A DNA stretch of 46,243 nt, from positions 1-46,243 of the forward strand of contig MEXE01000042.1 of assembly GCA_001775555.1 (NCBI GenBank). The letters run 5' to 3'. The notes under the pieces were generated by a model that had not been told where the DNA came from, did not search any database, and saw only the letters and a list, made by a program, of their open reading frames with translations. Every line of letters begins with the position of its first letter. Within the stretch, counting starts at the first letter, position 1. The stretch is from Candidatus Amesbacteria bacterium RBG_19FT_COMBO_48_16. Lineage in GTDB: Bacteria; Patescibacteriota; Microgenomatia; CAZETR01; Amesbacteraceae. A program made the position numbers and the translations under genes. Shown piece by piece: positions 1 to 9,440 of this stretch.

Positions 1-392
1 CCACTCTCGATTATGAATTATCAGGTTTTTATCCGGCTGACCTGGTTAAACTTGAAGTTTTGGTTGCCGGTCAACCGGTTGACGCTATGTCCCAAATCGT
101 TCCCCGCTTATCGGCCCCCAGAGTAGCCAAAGCTTTGGTCGAGCGCCTCATAGACCTTATTCCCCGCCAGCAATTTGAGGTTGCAGTCCAGGCTGCAGTC
201 GGCAGCAAGATATTAGCCCGGGCTGACGTCAAAGCTTTCAGAAAGGACGTTACCGCCAAACTCTACGGTGGCGACCAGACCCGAAAAGACAAATTGCTCA
301 AAAAACAAAAGAAAGGCAAAGCCCGCATGAAACGCGTCGGCCGGGTAGACATCCCCCAGGAAGCTTTCCTGGCAATTCTCAAAGTTAGCTAA
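1..392 (+). CDS. lepA: Elongation factor 4 (LepA), C-terminal part; 5' end lies outside the window
   Basis: The frame is open from the window edge to TAA 390-392. The translation ...[76 protein letters not shown] is the conserved LepA C-terminal domain. Confidence 0.9.
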   Translation, partial: TLDYELSGFYPADLVKLEVLVAGQPVDAMSQIVPRLSAPRVAKALVERLIDLIPRQQFEVAVQAAVGSKILARADVKAFRKDVTAKLYGGDQTRKDKLLKKQKKGKARMKRVGRVDIPQEAFLAILKVS

Positions 393-405
393 ACCCGCCG
401 TTTGA

Positions 406-1734
406 CTATTTCACTTCCAGCTCCAGAAGCACTACGCTGTTTGGTTGCATAGCCACTTCTTTTTGCAGCATCGCTCCCGGCGATGCTATTTCTGCTGTAG
501 TTGTTCCTGTCCCTAAAATCGTCGTCCGCAACCGGTAATCACTGGGAACCAACCCCAAAAAACTGACCGGAACAACTTCACTATGACTGCCCTTGGGATC
601 ATAATTAGTCAAAATTACCTGATAGACACCGTCTTTTTTTGCTCCGATTGCTCTCACCCAACTACCTTCACCCGTCACGGACAGCCTTTGATCTCCAAGC
701 GTCGAAAGCAGCACCAAAGCCTGGTATCGGGGCTTGCCTACCAGTCCCCATTGGCCGGAGACCGCAAAACTAAAACCCGATTTGGCTTTAAACATCAGCT
801 CTCTCGATACGGCCACCAAATGTGCCGCCCCGACGGCAGTATCGTTTGCCCCCCCCGCCTCACTCCTGGGTGCCATCTCAGTAATTATCTTTTCCACTTG
901 TGAAAAATACGGATGTCCTTCAATCCACCTGTCCGCTTTGGCAATGTCGTCACTATACCTGCCTACGTCCAGATCATACCGATGCCAGGAAAAAAAATCC
1001 AACCTTATTTTATTTTTCAGAATATACGGAAAAAAATTATTTATCCAGTTAGGATACAGTCCCGTTGTCCCGGGGCCCCCCAGTTTGAATTGTTTTACTT
1101 GGGAAGCAGCCGCCGCTCCCCTGGCTGCATACAAATACAGGTTCCGATAATCTTTTCCCCCTCCCATTTTCCATTTCCCGAACAAATCCGGTTCGTTCCA
1201 CACTTCGTAATATACTCCGTCTATCCCCATTTCCCCGCTGTAATGCTCTATTGTCCTTTGGACAACCAATGCCCACTCATTCCAATCCCGGGGAGGCGAG
1301 ACCGAATCGGACACAGCCAAAGCTGGCGGCATGTAAGACAGGGACAAAAATGGAATCGCCCCGGTTTCCCTGATTTTGTTTATTACTTTATCCAAGCTCC
1401 CCCAATTAAACACCAAACCCCGGCTGTCTCTCGACACCACCCCGAACTGGTCATAAATATGGTCAATTCTTATATACGCCGGCTTGACTGCCGCCACCTT
1501 GACTTCTAGGCCGTCCAAAAACCCCGGTAAGTTGTCTCCCCCCTGGGCCAGTCCCCGCCATACCTTAGGCAGCGGTCCCAGCTCCCGGTCGGTTTCTACC
1601 GCAATCGCCGCTAACCTCCCCTCCGCTCCTACCAGGTATCTCACCGCGTTATTGGCCAGCTTCAAAATTCCCGGGAGTAACAAGGCCAAAGCCACCACCC
1701 CGATAAATGAAATCGTCTGCTCCCTGTTTTTCAC
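406..1734 (-). CDS. Membrane-anchored glycoside-hydrolase-like protein (clan GH-A TIM barrel, GH39/GH5-like)
   Basis: 442-aa ORF with an N-terminal hydrophobic anchor ISFIGVVALALLLPGIL. YYEVWNEPDL (NEP acid/base motif) and a later IITE (candidate nucleophile) are spaced as in clan GH-A enzymes. The assignment rests on motif recall only. Confidence 0.55.
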   Translation of the reverse strand: MKNREQTISFIGVVALALLLPGILKLANNAVRYLVGAEGRLAAIAVETDRELGPLPKVWRGLAQGGDNLPGFLDGLEVKVAAVKPAYIRIDHIYDQFGVVSRDSRGLVFNWGSLDKVINKIRETGAIPFLSLSYMPPALAVSDSVSPPRDWNEWALVVQRTIEHYSGEMGIDGVYYEVWNEPDLFGKWKMGGGKDYRNLYLYAARGAAAASQVKQFKLGGPGTTGLYPNWINNFFPYILKNKIRLDFFSWHRYDLDVGRYSDDIAKADRWIEGHPYFSQVEKIITEMAPRSEAGGANDTAVGAAHLVAVSRELMFKAKSGFSFAVSGQWGLVGKPRYQALVLLSTLGDQRLSVTGEGSWVRAIGAKKDGVYQVILTNYDPKGSHSEVVPVSFLGLVPSDYRLRTTILGTGTTTAEIASPGAMLQKEVAMQPNSVVLLELEVK

Positions 1735-1762
1735 TCTCCAATTGTAACCTTCGCCTCACCAC

Positions 1763-1790
1763 TTGACAACAGTTAGCACTCGTGTTAAGT
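1763..1790 (+). promoter_or_regulatory. Candidate sigma70-type promoter of hrcA-grpE-dnaK (TTGACA-N16-TTAAGT)
   Basis: TTGACA at 1763-1768 and TTAAGT at 1785-1790. The -10 box ends 9 nt before the hrcA ATG at 1800. Confidence 0.45.
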
Positions 1791-1799
1791 TTCTGCTAA
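1773..1799 (+). promoter_or_regulatory. CIRCE-like HrcA operator (TTAGCACTC-N9-TTCTGCTAA)
   Basis: The left arm matches the CIRCE consensus TTAGCACTC-N9-GAGTGCTAA at 9/9 and the right arm at 6/9. The element overlaps the promoter spacer and -10 and ends 1 nt before the hrcA start. Confidence 0.7.
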
Positions 1800-2534
1800 A
1801 TGAATCTTACTCCCCGTCAAACTCAGATCCTGAAAGCCCTGGTCGAGGAATATATCGCCACGGCCGAGCCTATCGCTAGTGAACAGCTGGAAAAGAAATA
1901 CAACCTGGGTGTTTCCCCGGCCACTATCAGAAACGAAATGGCCGCTCTTACTCATCAGGGTTTTTTGCGTCAGCCCCACACGTCTGCCGGTCGTATTCCC
2001 ACCCCTACAGCCTTACATTTTTTCGTCGATCATCTCATGCAGGAAAAACGCCTTTCTGTCGCCGACGAAGTTTCGGCAAAAGAAAAAGTTTGGGATTCCC
2101 GTTTTGACTTTGACAAATTTATGCGTCAGGCTACCTTGGCTTTGGCCGAACGCACCAAGACTCTATCGGTTACCGCCACTGACGAGGGGGATATTTATTA
2201 CGCCGGCATAGCCAATATCTTGGACATGCCGGAATTTTTTGACATCGATGTTACCAAGACGGTACTTTCTCTGCTGGATCAGCAATCCCGTCTCACCCAG
2301 CTATTTTTTGATCGGACTTACAGCCAAGACCCGGTGCATATAATTTTTGGAGCCGACCTGGGCTGGCCTTTCTTTGACCCGGTGGGTATGGCCTTTACTT
2401 ACTTTTCTGCAGGCGGAAATCACCGCGGATCACTGGCTGTTATTGGTCCTTGCCGGCTGAATTTCCCGTACGTAATTCCCACTCTTAAATATTTCTCCCA
2501 GCTTTTTTCTGAAATGCACAAGCATTGGCAATAA
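1800..2534 (+). CDS. hrcA: Heat-inducible transcription repressor HrcA (short, 244 aa)
   Basis: N-terminal wHTH LTPRQTQILKALVEEYIATAEPIASEQL...SPATIRNEMAALTHQGFLRQPHTSAGRIPT and C-terminal ...LAVIGPCRLNFPYVIPTLKYF are typical HrcA. The gene lies upstream of grpE-dnaK. Confidence 0.88.
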   Translation: MNLTPRQTQILKALVEEYIATAEPIASEQLEKKYNLGVSPATIRNEMAALTHQGFLRQPHTSAGRIPTPTALHFFVDHLMQEKRLSVADEVSAKEKVWDSRFDFDKFMRQATLALAERTKTLSVTATDEGDIYYAGIANILDMPEFFDIDVTKTVLSLLDQQSRLTQLFFDRTYSQDPVHIIFGADLGWPFFDPVGMAFTYFSAGGNHRGSLAVIGPCRLNFPYVIPTLKYFSQLFSEMHKHWQ

Positions 2535-2549
2535 TTCCTCCTTTTTATT

Positions 2550-3086
2550 ATGTCTAAAGTCAAAACCTCAACTCCATCAGTCTCCGAACTCCAGCACCAG
2601 GTAAAAGCTTTGGACCAGAATTGGAAACGGGCACTAGCGGACTATCACAATCTCAAAAGAAGGATTGAACACGACAAATCGGAATTTGTCAAACTGGCCA
2701 ACGCCAATCTTATTGCCCGCCTTATTCCCTCACTTGATGTTATCGAACTGGCAGCTGCACACAACGAGGATATAGGTGTCCAGATGGCCGCAAGACAATT
2801 CCATGAAGCTTTAAACCAGGAAGGTCTCCAAGTTATCTCTCCCGGCCTCGGCGATGCTTTTGACTCTTCCCTCCACGAATGTATCGAAACTCTTGATTTA
2901 CCGGGCGACAAACAGCAAAATACAATTGCCGAAGTAAGTTTAAAAGGCTATCGGATCGGAGACTACATTCTCCGCCCGGCCAAAGTGAAAGTTTTCAGGG
3001 TACCTGAAAACATTCATTCCGAGCCAGTCGCGTCGGACGCGACGCAGTCGAGGGATCCTCAATTAATTAACCAAACCGGGAGCTAA
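2550..3086 (+). CDS. grpE: Nucleotide exchange factor GrpE
   Basis: 178 aa. ...NWKRALADYHNLKRRIEHDK... and ...KGYRIGDYILRPAKVKV are the GrpE coiled-coil and beta-domain signatures. It sits between hrcA and dnaK. Confidence 0.9.
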   Translation: MSKVKTSTPSVSELQHQVKALDQNWKRALADYHNLKRRIEHDKSEFVKLANANLIARLIPSLDVIELAAAHNEDIGVQMAARQFHEALNQEGLQVISPGLGDAFDSSLHECIETLDLPGDKQQNTIAEVSLKGYRIGDYILRPAKVKVFRVPENIHSEPVASDATQSRDPQLINQTGS

Positions 3087-3092
3087 ATTAAT

Positions 3093-4997
3093 ATGTCCAA
3101 AATAATCGGTATTGATCTCGGAACCACTAATTCTTGTGTGGCCGTAATGGAAGGCGGTCAGCCCAAAGTCATCCCCGCTGCCGATACAGGTCGTAACATT
3201 ACTCCTTCTGTCGTGGAGCCGGTCAAAAACTTGGTAGGGGACGTGGCCAAACGCCAGATGATCCTAAATCCCAAAAACACTATTTACAGTATCAAGCGTC
3301 TCATGGGTCGTAAATCCACGGACCCTGAGGTCAAACGTACCGAAGGCATGGTCCCGTACAAAATCGTTTCCGGTAAAGACAACATGGCCACGGTGGAAGT
3401 GGAGGGCAAGTCCTATACCCCCCAGGAGATCTCAGCTCAGGTTTTACGAACCATGAAAGCTCACGCCGAAGCCTACCTGGGTAGCCCCGTTGATCGGGCA
3501 GTTATCACCGTGCCGGCATATTTTGATGACTCCCAACGCCAGGCTACCAAACAAGCGGGTGAGATTGCCGGTCTCAAGGTGGAACGGATTATCAACGAGC
3601 CGACGGCAGCCGCGTTAGCCTATGGCCTGGACAAAAAAAACGCTCATACTGTGGCCGTTTATGATTTAGGTGGGGGTACTTTTGATATTTCCATTCTCGA
3701 ACTGGGGGACGGAGTATTTGAAGTCAAGTCCACCAACGGCGACACCCATTTAGGGGGGGACGACTTCGACCAGGCAATAATGGACTGGATCGTTGCCGAG
3801 TTTAGAAAAGACCACGGTGTTGACCTGAAAAAAGACTCTCAGGCTCTTCAGCGTATCCGCGATGCGGCCGAAAAAGCCAAAATAGAGCTTTCCTCCAGCC
3901 TTGAGTATGAAATCAACCAGCCTTACATTACCCAAAAGGACAGCCAGCCTCTTCACTTAACCCTGAAATTAACCCGGTCCAAACTTGAATCCATCGTTGA
4001 TGAGTTGATCCAAAAGACTACCGCGCCGGTCAAAGCTGCCTTAAAAGACGCTAAAAAGGAGAGTAAAGACATAGATGAGATAGTGTTGGTTGGGGGTATG
4101 ACCCGTATGCCGAAAGTCATAGATACTGTCAAAAACCTTTTCGGCAAAGAACCCAACAGGAGTGTCAATCCCGACGAAGTGGTAGCTATCGGAGCGGCTA
4201 TCCAGGGCGGAGTCCTGACCGGCGACGTCAAAGATGTCGTGCTTCTGGATGTCACTCCCCTGACTCTCGGCTTGGAGACTCTGGGCGGAGTTATGACCCC
4301 GCTTATTGAACGGAACACTACTATCCCTACCAGTAAGTCCCAGATTTTTTCGACTGCCGCCGATAGTCAAACTTCTGTCGAAATCCATGTCCTTCAGGGC
4401 GAGCGTCCCATGGCAGCAGACAACAAGACTTTAGGCCGCTTCATTTTGGACGGCATCCCTCCCGCCCCCCGGGGAGTTCCCCAAATCGAAGTCGCTTTCG
4501 ATATTGACGCCTCCGGAATTCTCAAAGTCTCTGCCAAAGACAAAGCCACCGGCAAATCCCAGCATATCACCATCACCAACTCGACTAATCTGGACGAAAA
4601 GGAAGTCGAACGCATGCGCGCCGAAGCCGAGAAACATGCATCCGAAGATTCTACCAAAAAAGCCCATATCGAAGCTCGTAATCAAGCCGATTCCCTGATC
4701 TTCACTGCCGAAAAAACTCTCAAAGATGCCGGCGAGAAAGCCCCGGCTGATCTCAAATCCGAGGTCGAGGATAAGTCCAAGGCATTAAAAGATATTTTGG
4801 AAACCGGCACTAAGGAAGACCTGGACGCCAAATCCAAAGACCTGATGGATTCGCTGCAAAAACTGGGTTCCTCTATGTATCAGCAAAGCCAGGCTCAAAC
4901 CCCTCCCTCCGATCAAACTGCTGACGGTGATCAACCCAAACCCGAAAACAAGGGTAACGATAAAAGTACTCCCGAAGAAGGCGAAGTCGTGAATTGA
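3093..4997 (+). CDS. dnaK: Chaperone DnaK (Hsp70)
   Basis: 634 aa. [25 protein letters not shown] and [12 protein letters not shown] are Hsp70 signatures. Confidence 0.98.
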   Translation: MSKIIGIDLGTTNSCVAVMEGGQPKVIPAADTGRNITPSVVEPVKNLVGDVAKRQMILNPKNTIYSIKRLMGRKSTDPEVKRTEGMVPYKIVSGKDNMATVEVEGKSYTPQEISAQVLRTMKAHAEAYLGSPVDRAVITVPAYFDDSQRQATKQAGEIAGLKVERIINEPTAAALAYGLDKKNAHTVAVYDLGGGTFDISILELGDGVFEVKSTNGDTHLGGDDFDQAIMDWIVAEFRKDHGVDLKKDSQALQRIRDAAEKAKIELSSSLEYEINQPYITQKDSQPLHLTLKLTRSKLESIVDELIQKTTAPVKAALKDAKKESKDIDEIVLVGGMTRMPKVIDTVKNLFGKEPNRSVNPDEVVAIGAAIQGGVLTGDVKDVVLLDVTPLTLGLETLGGVMTPLIERNTTIPTSKSQIFSTAADSQTSVEIHVLQGERPMAADNKTLGRFILDGIPPAPRGVPQIEVAFDIDASGILKVSAKDKATGKSQHITITNSTNLDEKEVERMRAEAEKHASEDSTKKAHIEARNQADSLIFTAEKTLKDAGEKAPADLKSEVEDKSKALKDILETGTKEDLDAKSKDLMDSLQKLGSSMYQQSQAQTPPSDQTADGDQPKPENKGNDKSTPEEGEVVN

Positions 4998-5000
4998 CAC

Positions 5001-5309
5001 CTAGTCTTCTTCTGCGCCAAAAACTCTCATTACAAATATTGCGACATTAGGATGTATTGTTATCCCTTTTTTCCTGAGACGAGCTGGAATTAATAACTTT
5101 GCGGCTTCGACAGCAGCGACGGCTTGCGCAAGCTCCTCACTTACTCCAGAAACGAGAAGAAGCCCTTCTTTTTTAGCCTTGAAAGCTTCTGCTGCACGAA
5201 CTAATTCTCTAAGGTCCACAAAATAATTATAGGACAACGTGCCCGTGAAGTCAATCTGGTTTGCCAAAACTCGACTCAAAAGATAAAATGAACCCGCCAT
5301 GAAAGTCAC
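5001..5309 (-). CDS. Hypothetical protein (102 aa; faint STAS-like pattern)
   Basis: The ORF exactly fills the gap between dnaK and the next plus-strand gene. It looks more A/T-rich than its neighbours by eye. The segment IDFTGTLS...KKEGLLLVSGVSEELAQAV vaguely recalls STAS/anti-sigma-antagonist folds. No firm family. Confidence 0.35.
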   Translation of the reverse strand: MTFMAGSFYLLSRVLANQIDFTGTLSYNYFVDLRELVRAAEAFKAKKEGLLLVSGVSEELAQAVAAVEAAKLLIPARLRKKGITIHPNVAIFVMRVFGAEED

Positions 5310-5330
5310 TTATCAATTGACTTAACCTGC

Positions 5331-6446
5331 ATGCCTGATAACGATAAGCCCCAACCTCCGTCTGCTCCTCCTCCGCCTCCGGCTCCCCCACCCCCGCCCG
5401 CCTCCGCCAAATCTGTCAAATTTCGCGAGCCTCCTCTCAATTTCCAAGAGACCCAGGACATACTTACCAAACTGGAATCCCGGCTTTCCACCAAAGTTAT
5501 GTGTTACTACACTCCCAAGGACCAATCCATCAACCAAAATCACCCCGATATTTTTTTGGAACAATTAAGAACTATAGGACCCCAACCTACAATTTCCCTG
5601 GTCATAATTAGCAACGGCGGCCACGGTTCTGCTTCTTTAAGAATTGCTCACATCCTGCGGGAATATTGCCAAAACTTGCACATGATTGTTCCCTCGCGCT
5701 GTGCGTCTGCCGCCACCCTGCTGACTCTAGCGGCAGATAAAATTATTATGAGCCCCTCAGGTTATCTGACTGCCATCGACAGCAGCCTCACCCACGGTCT
5801 CAATCCCAGGGGGCCGGACAATAGGCCGGTATCAGTCTCGGTCGATCAGATCAAACGCATCCTCAAATTCCTGGACGCCGAAGGCCCGGCTGTCACCGAC
5901 AGTCAGAAAGAAGGCTCTTATCGCACTCTGTTTAAATATATTCACCCTGTTACCATCGGGGAAATCGACCGCGTCTCGTCTCACTCCGTTCTCATCGCCA
6001 CCAAAATGATGCAGCTGCATCCCCAGTCGTTTAAGTCAGACGATCAGATATCCCGGATTGCCAATCACCTTCACAATGATTACCCCGAGCACGGTTTTCC
6101 CATTCTGTATTCCGAGGCTAAAGACGTCGGATTACCGGTAGAAAAAGCGGATATGCAGCTTTCCCACCTCCTTAGAGACCTGGTCAACTATTATGATTCC
6201 GCTACCCGCGAGGAAATAACCCACCTAAGTGAATCCCATTTCAAATCAGCGGCTTTTACTAATCTGGTGGAGTCCGTCGGCGTCCGGACCGTCTTTCGTT
6301 CATCCTTTGAAAGGAGGCTCAACCCTATTACTAAAGTTTGGCAAACCGAAAACGATCTTTCCAAATGGGTGAATATCACTCCTCCCCCCAGCCCTGAAGG
6401 CAAAATTCAAATCCGCTCCCTGGGACTTTCCCTATCCAGCCAATGA
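5331..6446 (+). CDS. ClpP/crotonase-fold serine-protease-like protein (SDH/SppA-type) with a polyproline N-terminus
   Basis: 371 aa. ISLVIISNGGHGSASLRIAHILREYCQNLHMIVPSRCASAATLLTLAADKIIMSPSGYLTAIDSS resembles the Clp-fold 'serine dehydrogenase proteinase' family core. The N-terminus is PQPPSAPPPPPAPPPPPAS. Confidence 0.5.
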   Translation: MPDNDKPQPPSAPPPPPAPPPPPASAKSVKFREPPLNFQETQDILTKLESRLSTKVMCYYTPKDQSINQNHPDIFLEQLRTIGPQPTISLVIISNGGHGSASLRIAHILREYCQNLHMIVPSRCASAATLLTLAADKIIMSPSGYLTAIDSSLTHGLNPRGPDNRPVSVSVDQIKRILKFLDAEGPAVTDSQKEGSYRTLFKYIHPVTIGEIDRVSSHSVLIATKMMQLHPQSFKSDDQISRIANHLHNDYPEHGFPILYSEAKDVGLPVEKADMQLSHLLRDLVNYYDSATREEITHLSESHFKSAAFTNLVESVGVRTVFRSSFERRLNPITKVWQTENDLSKWVNITPPPSPEGKIQIRSLGLSLSSQ

Positions 6447-6919
6447 CCTCTTCTTTTCCCGTCGAAGTCAACCGGGTTAAATTGTGGCTTGAGTCTCGCG
6501 GTTTTACTCCGCGGATTAAACTTCTGGGAGTCACAGCCAAGACTGCCCGGGATGCCGCCACAGCCGTTGGTTGTGACTTGGAAAAAATCGCCAAATCACT
6601 TGTCTTTTATATTGTGGCAACCCAAAAGCCGATTCTTATTATCGTCAGCGGCAAAAACAGGGTTGACAAGACCAAAGTAGGGGAGTATCTGGGGCAAAAA
6701 ATCAAAACTGCCGGCCCTGATTTTGTACTCCACGTCACCGGCTTTTCTGCCGGTGGTGTGCCTCCGGTGGCTCACTTACAGCCGATTCGGACACTTATCG
6801 ATCAGGATTTATTATCGTTTGCTGCAATTTGGGTTGCAGCTGGCCACCCCAATGCCCTCTTTCCCCTCTCACCCTCTGATCTTGTCCGGCTTACCGGGGG
6901 AGAAGTTATCCCGGTCTAA
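6443..6919 (+). CDS. YbaK/ProX-type aminoacyl-tRNA deacylase domain protein
   Basis: 158 aa. ...[25 protein letters not shown]...[16 protein letters not shown]...[12 protein letters not shown]... fits the YbaK/EbsC editing-domain pattern. ATGA start/stop overlap with the upstream gene. Confidence 0.7.
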   Translation: MTSSFPVEVNRVKLWLESRGFTPRIKLLGVTAKTARDAATAVGCDLEKIAKSLVFYIVATQKPILIIVSGKNRVDKTKVGEYLGQKIKTAGPDFVLHVTGFSAGGVPPVAHLQPIRTLIDQDLLSFAAIWVAAGHPNALFPLSPSDLVRLTGGEVIPV

Positions 6920-7263
6920 ACTCTCCTTTTCTTTTTCAGCCTTGCCCCATTATGGGCCATCGGAGTTACATCAGCAATCAAAGTCATCTTCATTCCCGCC
7001 GCCTTCAGAGCTCTTAAAGCCGCATCCCGGCCGGAACCCGGGCCTTTCAGGTATACTTCAGCTTCTTTTATTCCGGAAGCCATAGCTTTACGCGCTGCGG
7101 CTTCAACCGCTGTAGTGGCCGCAAAAGGTGTGGACTTTCGGGTTCCCTTAAACCCGGACGCTCCTGCAGAACCCCAGGATACGGTATTCCCACCCGCATC
7201 TGTTACAGTTACCAGAGTGTTATTAAATGTAGCCGTAATGTACACTTTTCCGTTCACCCCCAT
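6916..7263 (-). CDS. rpsK: 30S ribosomal protein S11
   Basis: [11 protein letters not shown]...[13 protein letters not shown]...[13 protein letters not shown]. It follows rpsM. Confidence 0.95.
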   Translation of the reverse strand: MGVNGKVYITATFNNTLVTVTDAGGNTVSWGSAGASGFKGTRKSTPFAATTAVEAAARKAMASGIKEAEVYLKGPGSGRDAALRALKAAGMKMTLIADVTPMAHNGARLKKKRRV

Positions 7264-7264
7264 A

Positions 7265-7693
7265 TTATTTAGCTTTTGCCTCCTTTCTCTCTTTCTCTGC
7301 TTTGGCAGCCTCTACCTGAGCCAGAGCCTCTTTCTTTAAAGCCCCGATAGTTACTTTTTTACCTCTTCTGATCCGGGCGTTTGTCCGGGTCCTCTGCCCT
7401 CGGACTGGTAATCCCCGGGCGTGCCGCATTCCCCTATACGATCCGATTTCTTTGAGCCTGGAGATATTTAAGGCCACTTCTTTGCGCAAGTCACCCTCAA
7501 CTTTTATAACCTCTGTAGCTTTTTGGATCTTTGACAGTTCCTCAGGAGACAATTGATTCGTCCTTTTATCGCCGCCAACACCCGCTTTTCTTAAAATATC
7601 TGTCACTTTCGACCTGCCTACCCCATAGATATATGTTAATGCTACTTCCAGCCGTTTATTTTCAGGGATATCTACCCCGGCAATTCTGGGCAT
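7265..7693 (-). CDS. rpsM: 30S ribosomal protein S13
   Basis: [29 protein letters not shown]... Confidence 0.95.
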   Translation of the reverse strand: MPRIAGVDIPENKRLEVALTYIYGVGRSKVTDILRKAGVGGDKRTNQLSPEELSKIQKATEVIKVEGDLRKEVALNISRLKEIGSYRGMRHARGLPVRGQRTRTNARIRRGKKVTIGALKKEALAQVEAAKAEKERKEAKAK

Positions 7694-7697
7694 ATCT

Positions 7698-7811
7698 TCA
7701 TCCTTGTCTTTGTTTGTGCTTAGGATTAACGCAAATTACATACAAAACCCCCCGGCGTTTTATTACCCGGCAGTTTCGGCACCTGGTTTTTATAGATGCT
7801 GCAACCTTCAT
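7698..7811 (-). CDS. rpmJ: 50S ribosomal protein L36
   Basis: Not in the supplied ORF track because it is under 60 aa. Manual translation gives [37 protein letters not shown], a classic zinc-type L36, lying between infA and rpsM. Confidence 0.9.
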   Translation of the reverse strand: MKVAASIKTRCRNCRVIKRRGVLYVICVNPKHKQRQG

Positions 7812-7817
7812 TTTTAT

Positions 7818-8057
7818 TTATTTTAGTCGGTAAATTACCCGTCCTTTTGACATGTCCAGGCTGTTTATTTCCAGTCGGACCTTGTCTCCCGGTAACAGTC
7901 TTACCCAATTGCGCCTCATTCTCCCTGCCAGGTGGCAGAGCAGAATCTTGTCTGTTAAGTTGTCAGGCAAGGAGCTGGTTACTTTCACCCTAAAGCTGGT
8001 GTTAGGTAAATTTTCCAAAACTACCCCTTCAACCTCAAAGACTGTTGGCGCACTCAT
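7818..8057 (-). CDS. infA: Translation initiation factor IF-1
   Basis: 79 aa S1-like fold: ...FRVKV...LCHLAGRMRRNWVRLLPGDKVRLE...GRVIYRLK. Confidence 0.9.
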   Translation of the reverse strand: MSAPTVFEVEGVVLENLPNTSFRVKVTSSLPDNLTDKILLCHLAGRMRRNWVRLLPGDKVRLEINSLDMSKGRVIYRLK

Positions 8058-8803
8058 TTTTTCACTGTCGTCAAAACTACCGGACCGTCTCCAGTCACGG
8101 CCACAGTATGCTCAAACAACCCAGATATTTTATCATCGGCAGTAACTATTGTCCATCCATCGTCATTTTTGTAGGCGACCTCAGCCGCACCTTCGTTGTA
8201 CATGACTTCAATAGCCAATACCATCCCTGAAACCAGGAGGGGTGAGTGTTCATATTTTCCCATCGCAAAGCAGGGGATAGCTGGTTCCTCATGCAGCTTT
8301 CTGCCTATACCGTGTCCGGTCAGTGCCCGGACGACCGAGTATCCTGCCCCCTCTACCGTTTCTTGCATCATCTTTGATATATCCATTATTCTTTTGCCGG
8401 GGGACGCCTGCTCCGCTGCCTTTTTCAGAGCTAATCTGCCGACCTCCAGGAATTTTTCCGGCCCTCCCACAGTTACCGAAGTATCTGTATGGTAGCCTTT
8501 ATAAAACATTCCTACGTCAATTCCCACTTTGTCCCCCTTTTTTATTTTTTCCTCTCCTGGAATTCCGTGGACTACTGTTTCGTTCAGGTTTATGCAGGTC
8601 GCCCAAGCGTACCCGGGTACCATCTTAAACGACGGTTTTCCTCCCGCTTTTATAATCATTTTTTCTGCCATCGTATCAAGTTGTCCGGTGGATATACCCG
8701 GCTGAACCTGTCTCGATATTTCGTCCCTTATTTCAGCAAGCTTTCTTCCTCCTTCCGCCATTATCTCAATTTCCTCAGGCGTTTTTATCGTCAATTTATC
8801 CAT
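8054..8803 (-). CDS. map: Methionine aminopeptidase type I
   Basis: VHGIPG, GDKVGIDVG, GYHTD, TGHGIG and EHTV metal-ligand context; 249 aa. Confidence 0.92.
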   Translation of the reverse strand: MDKLTIKTPEEIEIMAEGGRKLAEIRDEISRQVQPGISTGQLDTMAEKMIIKAGGKPSFKMVPGYAWATCINLNETVVHGIPGEEKIKKGDKVGIDVGMFYKGYHTDTSVTVGGPEKFLEVGRLALKKAAEQASPGKRIMDISKMMQETVEGAGYSVVRALTGHGIGRKLHEEPAIPCFAMGKYEHSPLLVSGMVLAIEVMYNEGAAEVAYKNDDGWTIVTADDKISGLFEHTVAVTGDGPVVLTTVKK

Positions 8804-9426
8804 GAAACTATCTCCCGAAAAATTTCTTCAACAGGCCTTTCCCCGTCAATCTCCAGTAAAATTCCCTCCCTTAGAGCTCTTTTGGCCACTTCCAGCGTGG
8901 ATTTATTAAAAGCCTTCAGCCTTTTTTTAATCACATCCGGATAATCATCTTCCCGCTGGACCAGCTCGCCTTTGCATTCGCATTTAAAGTCACCAGGCGG
9001 CGGGTCGGTAATCAGGTTGTATATTCTGCCGCAATTCTTGCATATTCTCCTGGCGGAAATTCTTTTGACAGCTTCAGCCTCTGATACCTTCAGCATTATC
9101 ACTCGGTCCAACTTCTCCCCCCTCGACTTCAGAATATTTTTTATTAATTCATATTGGGGCAGATTCCGCGGTGTTCCGTCGAATATTCGCCCATTTCCCG
9201 CCGGCTTGGCCAATGTCTGCTTTAAAACCGCCATCAATATCTTATCGGAGACCAACACTCCCTTAAGCATCATGCTTTTTATACGCTTTCCCCAAGGATG
9301 ATCTGTTTCGGCGATATCCCTCAGCAACTTCCCGGTTTCAATTTGAGTCAGACCATATTTTTCCGCCAGTAGTTTAGCCTGGGTGCCTTTTCCCGACCCC
9401 TGTGACCCGAGAATGACGATGTTCAT
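8791..9426 (-). CDS. adk: Adenylate kinase (Cys4 zinc lid)
   Basis: P-loop ILGSQGSGKGTQA. The lid is CKNCGRIYN...CECKGELVQREDD. Confidence 0.95.
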   Translation of the reverse strand: MNIVILGSQGSGKGTQAKLLAEKYGLTQIETGKLLRDIAETDHPWGKRIKSMMLKGVLVSDKILMAVLKQTLAKPAGNGRIFDGTPRNLPQYELIKNILKSRGEKLDRVIMLKVSEAEAVKRISARRICKNCGRIYNLITDPPPGDFKCECKGELVQREDDYPDVIKKRLKAFNKSTLEVAKRALREGILLEIDGERPVEEIFREIVSWIN

Positions 9427-9440
9427 AGCGAGCCCATAAA

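Noticed and set aside
3027-3043. GC-rich hairpin GTCGCG-TCGGA-CGCGAC, flanked by CAGTCG direct repeats, in the 3' tail of grpE
   Set aside because: It lies within the coding sequence of a 25-aa C-terminal extension (…EPVASDATQSRD…). It could be a small inserted palindrome, but I saw no second copy in the window, so I cannot separate it from ordinary coding sequence.
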